Shown: positions 25,751 through 39,894, counted from the first letter of the stretch. The stretch: DNA of 64,000 bases from Callorhinchus milii (GCF_018977255.1 NW_024704742.1:120468001-120532000); one strand, 5' to 3'. The notes: generated by a model from the sequence alone, not told the origin. Program-made: numbers and translations.

Positions 25751-28159
25751 TGGCTGTTTATGGGAACTCACTGGCTCAATTGGCTGCTGTCAAATATTGT
25801 CACTATATTTGACAGTAATTACCTGTGAAGTCCTCTTTAGACAATGTGATGCGAGACAATGCTACAATACTGTATATCAAACCCTGAATCAGTGCCCAGA
25901 TTCCCATTAAAAGCAATGGACACACTGTGGGACAAAGTGGGCTCTTCCCTCCTTTCTAGTTTCTAAATTATTTTCTAAATATTAGAGTAGAAGACACTAC
26001 TGTACAAAGTTCACTAAAATTCAAAGAAAGACTGTCACTACAGACAGATAAAAACTAGTATCTTAAAAGGTTATGAAATACTTTTTTCCATTAGATGCTG
26101 CTACCATAAATTTCAAACACTTATTTAGATAGTATATTACAAATAAAGTCAATGAAGCTACAGGAGAGGATTAAACTGGTCTCTGTTCCTAGAGATTTTT
26201 GTAGCTTTTCTCTGCTATGCCAAATAGGCTTTCTCATGTTCGAGTCTCAACACACCAAGAGAAATCCTTTGGAAAAAATAGGTTAATTTGCCAATCAAGA
26301 TCTTGATTAGTTTTAATTTTGGTGTTGAGACTTTTCTCTTCCCCCTACCACCATTCAACGTATAGCCTTCAGTATGTATATCCCAGGGAATCTGGTAAGA
26401 TTAAAATATTAAAAGATATTCATTTGCATTAAGTGAAACATTTTATTATTGGGTTTTAAAATGAGCACACACAAATTGTATATTTTCATGAATGGAACTC
26501 TGCTCTCTTTCAATACACTATAATCAATTAATCCACCTGAAAAAATACTTTTTTCAAATTGTGCATTATTGTAGGCAAATCAAGACATAAAAATTAACTA
26601 TTATTGAAACTTTTAAAATTAAAAAGACTACAGGTAGAAGGAAACTGTATTTTTATAATGCCTTAGCAGTAAACATGGCAACCATTGATGCAGCAAGATC
26701 CCGCAAATCAACTGTGAGGCAAATGACCAAATTAATCTACAGCATTGTTAGTTAATAGACACTGGGAATTTTTTTTCCCCAAATACAGGATCTTTGATTT
26801 AACATCTTGTTTGAAAAATGGCCTTTCTGGCAATGCAATACTACCTCCATACTGCATGAATGTCTTGAATCCATAGCCTTCTGGAATGGGACGTAAACTC
26901 CCAACCTTGTGCTATCAACTGAACCATTGCTCAACTAATACCATACAAAAATTGAGATCTTATTTTAAAAAGAGTAAAATGGATAATGTGGTTACTAAAT
27001 CAGAACTAGTAGCCACCAACTACCAGAGACAAAATGGTATTAAACAGCAGTGCCTACATTTAAAGTATTGTTGTTTATTTTAACAGTGATGCAAGTGCAA
27101 CAGTGTGTTAATAAACACTGCTGCAAGCCATCTGATAAGAATTTATAACAGATGGAAATGATTGGAAAATGAACAGCACCCTTCATGCTCTGTATTCAAA
27201 AGCATTAATCACACAAACTTGGATCTGTTTATAATGAAACAATAGCTCTATTGTCAATGAGATCATTGAATATCCCAGGAAAAACAGACACCGACAAATC
27301 TGAATGTCAAACATGTACTTTACACTTGGTTATGTTTATTTAAAACTTCATATATTTACGTAAATTCAGGACAATCCACGAAGCTTTGAGCACCTGGTTC
27401 TATGATTTTGGCACAATACCAAAAAATAATATAAACTCTTTTGCATGTTCCGAATTGCATCCAGCTTTCTCTGAACTGTGAACCATATTCCTATTATTTG
27501 CAATCTTTTGCAAGAAGAGTTAGTTATAATTTATGTTTATCTGTGGTGCATGAACCTATAATAATGGGCACGGTTTCGCTTCCATAATACTGGCTAATAC
27601 AGCAAAATTAGAAAGAAAAGATACAACATTTTAAGGTACGCATGTCTTTAGTGTAACAAAATCCTGAATTTAAAATAAATTTATTTTACAATATTATGCT
27701 TTTCCCTTACAAAGTAGCAATAATTTGCTATAATGCACTCAGTCTCATTTGAACATACCTTTCACTTAACCTCCTAGGTGTGCTGTCAGTAACTCCCATG
27801 GGGAAAGAAATGTGTGTGCTGTGTTTTTAGCAGCAATGAGTCACACAACTTCCACCCTATCATGATTATTTTCGCTATGATCCTTAAACAGTCACCATTT
27901 TACTTCTCTTCAGTTTTTATGATCAATGATGTTTGATTATTGCAATGGAGATTATGGAAATTGAGGTGTATAGGAGAGGCAATTAGGAGGGGAGGCTCAC
28001 GTGGATTAGTTGGGCTGAAAGGTCTACTTCCATGCTGTAACATTTTATGATATCTGATGTAAAGTTAATAAGAGAAACCTGCAATGTTGAGGCAAGCATA
28101 AATCAATCGCTGCAAAACATAAATTTTGTTTAATAAAGAAAAAAATACCTTGCTAATCT

Positions 28160-28355
28160 GAAAGGGTAGTGGAAGCTGATTCAATAACAACTTTTAAGAG
28201 AGAAGTCGATGGGTATTTGGGGAAGACAGGATTGCAGGGCTATGGAGAGAAAGTGGGCCAGTGGGATTGAGTTGGATTGCTCTTTTACGAGCTGGCGCAG
28301 ACGCGATGGGACGAATGGCCTCTTTCTGTGCTGGATGATTCGATGATTCTATGAG
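28160..28355 (+). mobile_element. CR1 3' end
   Basis: gtagtggaagctgattcaata...gatgggacgaatggcctctttctgtgctg...gattctatg. Confidence 0.75.
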
Positions 28356-28883
28356 AATCATTCATCGTTAGAAACACATTTGATTCAAAGAACTATAATA
28401 ATATGCTAGATATTTTCTAAACTGATACCATTTCCATAAAATGTGGGGTTCTTCAAACTACAGCTCAATTATCACATATGATTAGATTAGACACACTGTT
28501 CAGGAAAAGCATTTATCTTTGAAGGCTTTTAATCAATCATCACAAATACAAATAAAAAAGTAGATTTTATGAACAATCATTTTTGCTTTTCCAAGGGATA
28601 TTGTTGCAATCAGTAAAAGATGCCCCATATTTTTTTTAAAAAATCTTTATTTGATGTACCAACCTGTTTAGATGACAACTTATATAATAAAACATGGAAA
28701 TCAATTAATTTATTTCAAATGATTATGCACATAAAGTGCTGTTGACATCAACAAGCTGCTTGATTTGGCAAATGTATTAAAGATTGGCCTTTGGGCATTA
28801 TAAGAGATCTCCAAGAGAGACACTCTTTCCCTGGCATTCATATTAGAAATTAGACTTTGCGTCATTAAAGTTCTTGGTACCTA

Positions 28884-29200
28884 CAATAATAATAATAACC
28901 CTTGCATTTGATATAGCGCTTTTCATGTCTTCTTAACACCTCAAAGCGCTTCACAGAATATACTGTAAAGTGAATTTGACTGTATATTTGTGGGCGAAAC
29001 GCAGCACCCAATTACGCACAGCAGTGGCCTACAAACAGTCATGGATTGAAGTGACCAATTTAGAGTCCTGTAGCTCAGTGGTTAGAGCACTCGCCTCGCA
29101 AGCGAGAGACCTGGGTTCGATTCCCGGGAGGGCAAAACCTTGGGCAAGTTTCCTTACACCACACACCTGATAATAATCCCTCAAGAAAAAAACAATAATA
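28884..29200. mobile_element. SINE with inverted tRNA head
   Basis: Body and tail on the minus strand (28884-29061), with the complete tRNA-like head on the plus strand (29063-29200; A box tagctcagtgg, B box ggttcgattcc). Confidence 0.85.
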
Positions 29201-30459
29201 CATTGTTTTAAAAGGTTGAGGGGTGATTTGATTGAGGTATTTAAGATGATAAAGGAATTCGATGGGATAGATAAAGAGAAGCGGAACAGGCTCGAAAGGC
29301 TGAATGGCCGACTCCTGTTCCTATGACAGGGAGTTGTAGTCTGCGACAAACATGACAGTCCTGTTTAAATACCACCAGCTCCTAAGCTATTACTCTAGTC
29401 ATGGTGTTGTTAAGATTCATAGACTAACCACAGCAGTCTAATGCAATATTCACTATGCAATATTCCATCATAAAGCTTTATCATGGATGAAGATAATAAT
29501 ATCTAAAGTAAAAGGCATCCTCTGTTGGACTGTTTAATATTTTATTTGTGTTAAATAGAGGATAATGAACGCAGAATGTTTAAATGGGTCGAACCCTCCC
29601 ACCTACCTCTAACAAGGTTGGAGGTGTTCAGTTGGATTAAAAGATTTGAATTAATTCAAGGTAATGCAGGTTTGAAACCGCCATCCCAAAGCTCACCTCC
29701 TCAACCTGGTTAACCTGAACTAATCTCCTTGAAAGGTTGAAGATCCATTCAAAAAAAACTGGACACTGTGCAGTCTCTCTGGAGAGCAGCAAGACTCATC
29801 ATGTTGCCAAAAGGGTTTGGAAAGAGGTAAAAGAAAGTCTGTTCAACTGCAGGCTGCCAAAGTTTTACATCTATTGTTCAGTTTAACATGTATAATCACT
29901 CCCAGTCACTTAACAGGGATCTTGTGTCAGAAAACCAATGTTATTTTCAAATGGTCTAACAGCTCTGGTTTTGTACTCAGTTATGGCCTACTCACATAAC
30001 ACAGGTAAGCTGCAGTGTCTGCCAAAAGTTCACAGCATTGAAAGAATCCCACAGTAAAACAATCTCTAGTTTTGTTTCTCACATCTGCAACCTAAAGTAG
30101 GAGGCTTTGGGACGTATTTGCTCTTTTGATATTACTAGTACAACTAAAAAGTGCTTGCAACAGACAAAATATATCGGTACAAGAGAGGTGTGTATGACAA
30201 ATTTGATCTCATCCTTACTGAATATTAACTGACAGTGTTCCATCTTATATGTATTTCTAATACAGGTGCATTTTACAGGCCGCAAGAGTATAGCATCACC
30301 TTAACCAAAACAAACAGAACAGAACTTATTTTCAACCAAATTAAAACTTTTCAGGCAATTGCTTCACAAACAATTTCAGATTAAAGGTTACATAACTTTT
30401 TTTTAAAAATGGTAAACGGTGTTATCACAAGATAGCTCAAATAGTGTTGGTTACCCGTC

Positions 30460-30990
30460 AACAACAAATTACATTTGCATAGCACCTTTCACGTCAAGAT
30501 ATCCCAAGGTGCTGGATAGTCAAGGATTTGCATCTGAGTTGCGAATTGGGATCAGGAGGGGTGGAGGGCAGAAAGGGTGAGGGGTAGGAGGGTGACAATG
30601 CAAACCAAAACTTGCATTTATATAGCTTTGGATCATGTCTTGGAGCTCTTCACAAAGGTGGGGTTGGACACCGAGCAGGGAGAACGTGACCATCGGCGTG
30701 GCAAAGAGAGGCAGGACTGAAAGATAGAGAGGTAGAGGGAGCTCCAGAGGTTAGGGGCATATAATTTGAAAGCTCACCCACTAATGGTGGCAGGGAGAGG
30801 GCAGGGAACATACAGCAAGCAAGAATTAGCCAAGCATAGAGAACAAGCAGAGGTGTGGGGTTGGACTGATACTAGAACGTGAAGAGATTTATAGACAAAT
30901 ACCTTCAAATTGATCCATTGGGAGATAGGTAGACAATGGAACCTGGTAAAGAATGTGCTATTAGGCGTGTGGAGAGCAGAGTTTTGGCCA
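30460..30990 (-). mobile_element. Degraded L2 3' fragments
   Basis: Two L2-type tails (~30460 and ~30605) followed by purine-rich reverse-complement L2 3' sequence. Confidence 0.65.
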
Positions 30991-31124
30991 TTCGTGCTAG
31001 TAGTTTAGCTTTAACAGGGTTGTGGCAACCCAACCTACGCACACTGGTAGGTTAAGCTGTGTATAGCTATCATGCTCACCCTGGTAGGTTAGGCTGCACA
31101 TCATAAGAGTGTGCAATTTTTGGA

Positions 31125-32480
31125 GTCAGATGAGTGTCTGGCACAGGCAGAAGCTCATCACCATGCTTTAGAGTATCCAAACCAAACAGAATTCAATGCA
31201 TCCCACCTACACATGGAAACTCCAGAGATATTTATTGGAATGGGATGCGCACTCTCTCCCTGGAAGGACACATCCTGCTTGCCTAATTCCAGAGAGTTTT
31301 AGAATCATAGAATTATATAGCACAGAAGGAGGTCATTCAGCCTATCGTTTCTGTGACGGCTCTTTCAAAAGAGCTACCCAAATCAATCCCACTCTCCCAC
31401 TCTCTCCCCATTGCCCTGCAAACTTGTCCTCCCCAAATAATTATTAATTATCTACTTCTCTCTTAAAAGTTGTTATCAAATCGGCTTCTACCACCCTTTC
31501 AGGCAATGCATTCCAGATCTGAGTAACTCGCTGTGTGAAAAAATTTCTCCTCACCTCCCGTTTCTTTTAACAACTAATAACAACTATTTTAAATCAGTGT
31601 CCTCGGGTTACCGACTCACCCACCAGTTGGAAATAGTTTCTCCTTGTTCACCCTATCGAATCCCCTCAAAATTTCTATTAAGTCTCCTCTTAACCTTTTC
31701 TGCTCCAAGGAGAATAATCCTAGCCTCTCTAGCCTTTCTTCATAACTGAAGTACCTCATTCCTGGTACGATCCTGGTAAATCTCCTTTGCACCCTCTCCA
31801 ATGCCTTGACATCCTTCCGAAAGTATAGTTACCCAGAACTGAACACAGAACTCTAGTTGAGGCCTAACTAGTGTTTTATAAATGTTCAACATAACTTCCT
31901 GACTTTTGTATTCTCTGCCCCTATTTATAAAGCCTTGAATCCCGTATGTTTTTTTAATTTTTTTAAAAAAAAACAGCTTTATCTACATGCCCTGCCACCT
32001 TCAAAGATTTACTTATATGAACTCCCAGGTCTCTGTTCTTTCACCCACTTTAAGATTGTATCACCTAGCTTATATTACCTCTCCTCATTCTTCCTCCCAA
32101 ATGAATCACTCTGCATTTCTCCATGCTGATTGGCAAAGGCTGAGCTTTGGACAGTATGTGATGGGGTATTGCTGGAGTCCAACCAGCTAAAATTGCATTG
32201 CTTGCCATTGAAAGCAGTGTCTCACAAGCTTTCCCACTGCTTGTCCAGCTAGGACCAGTCTACCCATTATGGCTTTGGATTGAATTGTTCATGAGGTCTG
32301 AGTAGGAATAATCCCTGCCCCAGTGACTAGTCTGCCTTTCACAATCCTGCCGATGAGTTAGGTTGGGCTGTGTTGTCATCAGGAACCGGACTACTGAGAC
32401 CACAACAGAAGATTCGGACACTCTGTTGCCAAACATGTCACCTTGGAACCAGTTCAGTTCCAAGGAGACCCCATTCATCT
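31125..32480 (-). mobile_element. RTEX/Crack-like LINE 3' fragment interrupted by CR1
   Basis: 31125-31297 and 32125-32480 are collinear with the uninterrupted copies at 34687 and 62560-63420. Confidence 0.6.
31299..32122 (-). mobile_element. CR1 LINE ORF2 3' fragment
   Basis: ORF 31616-31801 [42 protein letters not shown]; tail tagaatcatagaa. Confidence 0.93.
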
Positions 32481-34686
32481 AACCCTCACAACTAATTGTG
32501 GTTGCGTGTTTGAGTGTTCCAACTATGCTTGTAAATCAAACTGAATAATTTTCTGCAGGTATGTTGAAATAAAATGGCTGCCCTCTGTGAATTGAGTTCT
32601 ATATCAGATTAGAACAAATACTGTCTAAGGTGACCAACTTGACCGAAGAGTGATCTCAACTCTCGAGTACCCTTCAACAAAGCAAAGTACGTTTTATGAT
32701 GCCGATTTAGTCTTTATTTTTCCAACGATTTACTCAAAGTTAGTAATTTAGGTGGCAAAGTAGCCTTGCCTAAGCAATGACTAGTTATATACAGAAAGCA
32801 TGTAACCCACCAAACATATAATTAACATAGCACCGGTTGAAATTGAACCGCTACTGAAACTTCCTCCTCAAGGCAGTCTCAGCAGCAAGGCTTTCACGGT
32901 GAAATATAAGTTATAAACATCATTACATTTATCATTGAGACACATAACAGTGTCACTGGCAATTTTTTAAAAAAAAAGTACAAGGACACCAGTCCAATCT
33001 CATTAATAGTGTGAAGAACAAGAAATTCAGAACAAAAACCTGCAGAACTCCACGATCCCATTGATTGTTGTCTTCTACTTTCCTTTGCTAAGATAATTTT
33101 CATGCAAATCCTATAATAATCAATTCAAATTTGCCAATAATTTCACGAGCTTATATTTTGTCAAAAATCACAAGAGAAGCTTCATTCAACATCTTCAATT
33201 TTTAAAAAAAATTGTATCCAGATAAATTACCACCTCAAAACAGTTCCAGTTAATCTGTAAAATACAGTGGAAGCTGCTTAAGGCGGACCCATCGGGGCCA
33301 AGCATTTTGTCTGATTTACTTGGCGTCTGGCAGATAAATTGGTCATTATCTTCATAGCTGTTTATGGGACTTGACTGTGCACAAATTGGCTGCTATGTTC
33401 ATCTACAAATAGGCATTTCACTCGAACATGTGAAACACTTTTCAAGATACTTCGACACAAATGCAAGGATTATTATTAATTTGAAGGATGGACAAATACA
33501 TTGTTCATCCCAGGGATGACTTTGATAGCATCTGGTCTCTTTTTATAAAGATATATGTAATCTTTATATTCTCCCTCAAAGAGTTGCAACACTTATTGGT
33601 GAAAAAAGGCCACCAAATTTGATTTTTTGATCAATCCTCATCCGGGGCCTGCTCTGTTGATCTTTTACCTCGTCTAGGTTCTTTTTTTTGCAAGAATGAC
33701 TTCATATATAAATGGAACACATACAATTATGAAAAAATATAAATGGATTGTTTTCTCACTGGTGTATACCCCTCAGTGCCAGCTGGCATAGAGCTGGCTC
33801 TCTGGATTTTATCAGTGGTCAACGACATTTCCCAGGCCTTCTCCAGGGCTGATATGTTGAAATCAATTGGCACCGAACAGATGCCAGGGAAAACACATCA
33901 ATAGAAGTAGAAGACCACGTACATTTACTATTACAGTGAAGGCATTCTTCAAAACGGCCTGTTATTATAGGCAGTTCCAGTGGGTGTAGAATGAAGCGCC
34001 TAGAAATATACTGCAGGCTGCTATGTTGGCGTTTGAGGATGTGAGCCTCAAGCACCAGGCACAGTCAAAGCACCCTGAAACCCAACTTTAATCCAGTTGA
34101 ACAAACTAAAATTCTGAAAAAATGAAAAAGATCAGTTTAACAAATGAATACAAAAACATTATTGATGTAGAACTACCAATGTAATGTAGAAATGCAATAC
34201 AGAAAATCACACATACTTTGCTTTGAACACTCAGGATGATACCCAATTTTATCATTATTGTCAAAATACGTTAAAGGGAGATTGCCACTTCCAGTTTTCT
34301 TTCTCCATTTAGTAAGGTATTGACTCAGTCAATTCCTGCAATCCATGGCTAAAAAAAACCCAATACTTGGTTTGTCCATTCTCAAAATCTGTACACAAAC
34401 TGTACACTAAAACCAAAACAATGTTTTAAAATACTTTTTTTAAAATTAAGTAACATTGTTATGCTTAAAAATATTAATCAATCCAATATTATTTGATAGT
34501 ATATATTGAGCATTGATGTAAGGATTCTGGAAAATACAAATTTCTGTTATTTTTTTAAAGTAGATGGAAGAGAAAGCATAGGAATAGATACCCCTGAATA
34601 GGGCAATCCATGCATTCTAATATTTGGTTATTATATGAAATAGTAACATTAATAATACAGGAAAAAAAGACTATGTTTTGTTCAAC

Positions 34687-35530
34687 CGAGTGTCTGACAC
34701 ATGCAGAGACTCATTACCATGCTTAAGATTATCCAAACCAGAAGACAGAATTCCACATACATATGCCACCTCCATATGGAAATGTCCCTATGTCTGGAAT
34801 GAAATGTATATTCTCTCCCTGGAGGGATACACTCTGCTTACCTAATTTTGGGAAGTATTAGATGGAGATTGGTAAGAGTAAGTTTTGGGGTACTGCTGCA
34901 GTTTAACCAGCTAAAACCACATTGCATCACCGTTGAAATTCACTGCTTGGCAAGTTTCCTACTTCTTGTCCAGCTAAGAGCATGCTACCCATTGGGACTT
35001 TGGCTTGCAGTAGCTGTATGTGAAGAATCCCTGCTCTCAATGACTGGTCTGCCCCTTCAAATTTTGCTGACAAGCCAAGTGGGCTAGACTGTCACCATAG
35101 ATGCCAGACGTACTGTGCAGCCAGAACAGCTCAGAATATATATGGTAGCAATTCTGCCACCAATACCATCTTCCAACATACATCCCTACCCAATGAGCAA
35201 TGGTTCCATCAATTATAGGTGTGGTGCATGAGCAGCAGTTGTTTAACTCTGCATACCAATCAAGGCGGATACCAAGCCCTGGATTTATGTTCATGAACCC
35301 GGAACCTAGGTTTTTAGCATCTGTTGTCCTAATCGTCGGAGTTTCCTCATCAGCTTTCAGCATGGTGGAAGGATGATTACAGGACAGTTTGTGACATGCC
35401 AACCACCTTGATGTTCTAGAGGTCTAATCTAAGACTGATGTTGTTTATTTAGCACCAACTGCTTAACCTCGGTTCTTATGCGAGAGGCTTTGGCAAACAG
35501 ACAAGCCTGCCATGAACCTGACTCTACCTC
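34687..35530 (-). mobile_element. RTEX/Crack-like LINE 3' fragment
   Basis: Collinear with the reverse complement of 62560-63420. Confidence 0.6.
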
Positions 35531-35548
35531 CATTATGCCCAGCAACAG

Positions 35549-35680
35549 ATAATAATAATCCTTGCATTTGATATAGCACTTTTTACGTCTTCTAGATGTC
35601 TCAAAGCGCTTCACAGAATATACTGCAAAGTGAATTGACTGTATATTTTGTGGGAGAAACGCGGCAGCCAATTGCGCTCA
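35549..35680 (-). mobile_element. L2-tailed SINE, 3' part
   Basis: Family tail and body. Confidence 0.88.
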
Positions 35681-38614
35681 GTGTGGATGAGAGACCTCCT
35701 TCCTTGCAGCCACTTCTCCATTAAATTCACCTCACTGCTTGATCCTGGACTTCACAAATGTGCCAATGGTACTTGTTTGAAAACAAATACCAGTAAATGC
35801 AAAGCACTTGGGTTGATTTTGTAATAATCAGTAATAATTTCTAAATTGTTCAGAACAAAAATACCACCTGGTAACAAATCAATACAGTGAAATGCAAGTG
35901 CATGTGTTTCACATGAGCTTCCACACAAACAGTAATCTTAGCAAGAATTAATGTAAAATGCCCAGATTATGGTTGGTCACACAAAAACCAAAACAATGCT
36001 ACTTAAAATTTCAATAATAAATCTATCAAAAACAACTATCAAATTAAGAAAAGATCTTTAAGATATCTCAACTGCCCTCCCTTTTAAATTACAGTAATAA
36101 ACTTCAAAAATAATGCAGGTCATTGTGCCATTATGTTACAATGAGCTTTCTCACCATCATGGGTACATGCTAATTTATAGCCAATGCAATCAAAAGAGCT
36201 CATTTGTATGGTACAAAATAATGATTTTGTTTTATGTTAATTCAAGAACTGCAACCATGTTCAAGCACCAAGTTACTGCCACAGGTTTACTCACTTCAGT
36301 AAACAGATATCATAATAATTTATAGATACGACTATACACTATGATTAAGAAAGTAGCATCTTTCAGCGCTACTCCATTATTGATTTTGTGTTCAACTTGG
36401 CTGTCATGTTTCATTTTACACCTGTTTCATGCATGAGAGGTTATCACCCTTGGAGATCAAAAAAGGCAATCCAAGAGAAGAACAAGAGCTTATTCAAACC
36501 TTCTCTGTTCAACATCCAAAAGTGAGCTGTATACTACTCTCCCTGGCAGAAACTATTCTTTCTGACAATATGCAGGTGAAAGATGAACAAGCTGATCACT
36601 GTGCCATACATAATGATTTTCACATTCACCCATGGCAACAAGGATAAGTTGGCTTTAAATCTAGCCTGTCATAAAAACAAAGAAACAGTCTTCAAGCAAA
36701 ATACTGTTCTAACTTTTTTTTCTTTAACACAATGCCAGTATGTTCGTACAAGTTTGAAATGAGATCATCACTAATGCAAGCCAAGTTGATAGAACATGCA
36801 TTAACTTGCATTAAAAGAACTTCAGCATTTAAGACAATATTTAACTCTAACCCTCTGTATAAAAGTTGACCTCGAGAGCTATACAATAAACATTATACTG
36901 AGAGGGCATAATTTTTCATTTTCTGACGGAGGCAGAAATAGTGATTGTTTTATCTAAGTCTCTAATGTATTATAGGGATCTATTGCACGCATGTAATTGA
37001 GATATTTGTGCATTCAGAGTTAGACCAACCCAATTAAAAAAACAGATACAAGATAACCACATTATAATGTGTTTTTTGAGTCCATCTAAACACCATGCAC
37101 TAATGGGTTTGGAAAAAAAAAGGCTGCCAATCCTACTTGTGGTTGCTGTTGACTTCACTGCTAGCGTGGACTGACTGGCTTCCTGTGCTCGCATCCATCC
37201 GTTCTACGGCCCACACTTTACCAAGGTGTCTTATAATGGTGTTGTCCCGTATAAGGTGGGGCAAGCGGGAAAGCAAATAACAACCATTTGGGCATTTTAC
37301 ATTAAGTTCTTGTTAAGCATTCGATTTGTGTAGATGTTCATTGGAAATGCACTGTTCCAAAAGAACAAAGGGGGAGAATCACATGAGATGCATCAGGCTA
37401 TCGAAAAAAATTCAGGGAAATGAGATTAAAAGATCTGCCATAATGTAATAAAATGGAAGATAGGCTCAATGAGCTGATTTGCCTACTCATGTTCAAAACA
37501 AGATAATGGACTTGAAACTAAGACATCGTGCGTAAGTATAAATTCATGAGAAATTCCTGGGGCCTAGTGTCTTGACACTTGAAGTCGATGTCTTGCTCAT
37601 CATGGAACAAAATCTGTCGACTGTTTATACAAGCATGAAGGCTCTTTAAACTTTAAAGTAAGTCATATTAATCTACACTATCTCAGCTCCTAGTTTATAC
37701 AGCTAGCATTTCCCTACTTTCCCATTAAATAACAGAATAAAAGTACAAGTTAAAGTATGATTTCAGCCCTGGACATGAAAGAGTTTCATTTTGAAAAGCT
37801 ATTCAGTTCAAGTTTAACATTTACAAAGCAAAATAAACATATTTATTTATATTGCGCCTTAAGGCCAGTTGCAAACTATATTCTAGTGAATAGCATTACT
37901 CACACACTCAAATTATGGTCTATTAGATTAACACTTCATTATTTATGGTTGACTATCACTTTTGCAATTCCATTGTAAACAGATGAGTAACAGCTTGTTT
38001 ACAAATTTAACCAAGGACTTAGTAATCTTCAGTACTCTTCATTTTGTGCTGTAATGGACCATGCATATTAACTTTGAAATTATCATGAACTTTTACATAG
38101 TCATTATACTTGTTTCAATGTTTATAGTTTTGACCTGCTGGCCAGCATAGATTGCATATAAAATGTTTTCACTTGAGGAGCCAACTAGTTTTAAAGGCGA
38201 GAGTTTTATAAAATAGAAGTAAATCTACCACATTTATTAGGTCAGCACTGTACTGATAATAAAACGGCAAATAACAGACTTGAGCAATTACATGTCTATT
38301 AACTTACCGATAAATTAATCCAGCTGTGCCCTTGGAATAATAAATTAATAACCTGTGAGGATTGAGGAAAGAAAGAGTGGCTGACTAAACCTACTTGACT
38401 TCTTTAATATTGTTTCAAATAAGGTAGATAGTAACACTACCTGTGATGCATGTAATGATGTAATTTCAAAGAAATTAGGAAAAAATGTATTTGCTCAATA
38501 AATAAATGTTTGGAATAATCTTCCAAGCAATTTATTTAAACAAATGCCATGATGAGAAAATGATGTACTAAAGATATGATGGATTAAATAATCTTTTTCT
38601 CATCAAGGAATATA

Positions 38615-39040
38615 TTAATAATAATTCTTACATTTGATATAGTATCTTAAAGTGTCTCAAAATGCTTTATAGGATTCACTGTTGAGTGTAGTGATCGCAA
38701 ATGCAGCACAAACTTTGCACACGAGCAATGTCCCACAAACAGCCACAAAATGAATGACCAATTTTATCTGGAGGATTAATTGTTGGGCAGGGCAATGGGG
38801 GAAACTACCTTCAATGTTTGACTAGTGTAACAAAATTTTTAACGTCCACCTGAACCAGTGAACGGGGCAAGGAACTTTGGTTTAACATCACATTCGAAAT
38901 GGTACCTATGACGATGCAGTGCTCTTGCAGCGCAGCAATGGAGTGTCAACCTAGACTATCAGTTTCAAAAGTCCTGACACGACATTTGAACCTAAAACCT
39001 TCTGATCCCAAGGCGAGACTGGTACACCAGTGCCAGGTTG
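38615..39040 (-). mobile_element. Degraded near full-length Deu-domain SINE
   Basis: tcccacaaacagcc...ttttaacgtccacctgaac...tttaacatc...gagtgtca...accttctga..caaggcgag. Confidence 0.65.
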
Positions 39041-39542
39041 ATATTTCCATTATAGAAACCTCTATAATCTCCAACTGTATAGCAGACATAGAAGGCTATA
39101 AGTGTTTGAAAAGTGGCAGTTATGTATGCACATACATCAGAAACCTATTCAGACAAACATGGTGTAGCTTTTTGGCGAATTTGTTTTTTATGCTATTGAG
39201 AACCTGATGTACTCTCAGATAGCGATCATTTATGGAACAAGGATTCCTGCACAAAACATGATTATTAAACTATGGAAAATCTGAAAGTTGCTCATTAGGA
39301 ACCCAGTACACTTTCGCCAAATCTTTTTATGCTATCAGCAACTTCCAGCATCAATTTTGAGACATGATTTGTCCTTGGTGAACCTATAATTATACAAAAC
39401 AATACACACTTATGTAGCGCCTTTCATGTTGGGAGGATGTCCCAAAGCATTTAACACAACTGGCTGGGCAGCCTAGTTGGAGGTGGGAGGGAGCTGAAGA
39501 GGGCGGAGAGGGGAAAAGAGACCAAAACACAGTGAAAGAGTT

Positions 39543-39765
39543 ACAACAACAACAACAAGATTCCATTTATAAAGCGCCTTTCACGTCAGGAGGACGTCCC
39601 AAGGCGCTGCACAGTTGGGTCATGACCCGAGCAGGGGAGAAATGGTCAGCGTGAGGGGAGGGAAGGAGGAGGGGGGAAATGGTCAGGGTGAGGGGAGGGA
39701 AGGGAGGGAGCGAGGAGGGGGAAGAGAGTCGAGAGGGAAGCTGAAGGCTCGGTCAAAGAGAAAAG
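39543..39765 (-). mobile_element. Young L2 3' end
   Basis: Nearly identical to the reverse complement of 13830-14014, with a short internal duplication of aaatggtcag.gtgagggga. Confidence 0.9.
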
Positions 39766-39894
39766 AGTTAGGTCTTAAGGCAGGCCTTGAACAAGGTGAG
39801 GGAGAGAGCAAGTTGCAGGACAGAAGATGTTGACGGGAACTAAGGAATAGGGCTTCCGTCTTGCCAAAATTTAGTTTTAAGAAGTTTGAACCCA

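Noticed and set aside
29063..29135. tRNA-like sequence with A and B boxes
   Set aside because: It is a SINE head: it continues into the SINE linker, lacks a proper acceptor stem, and the same head occurs at 42818, 53220 and 59584.
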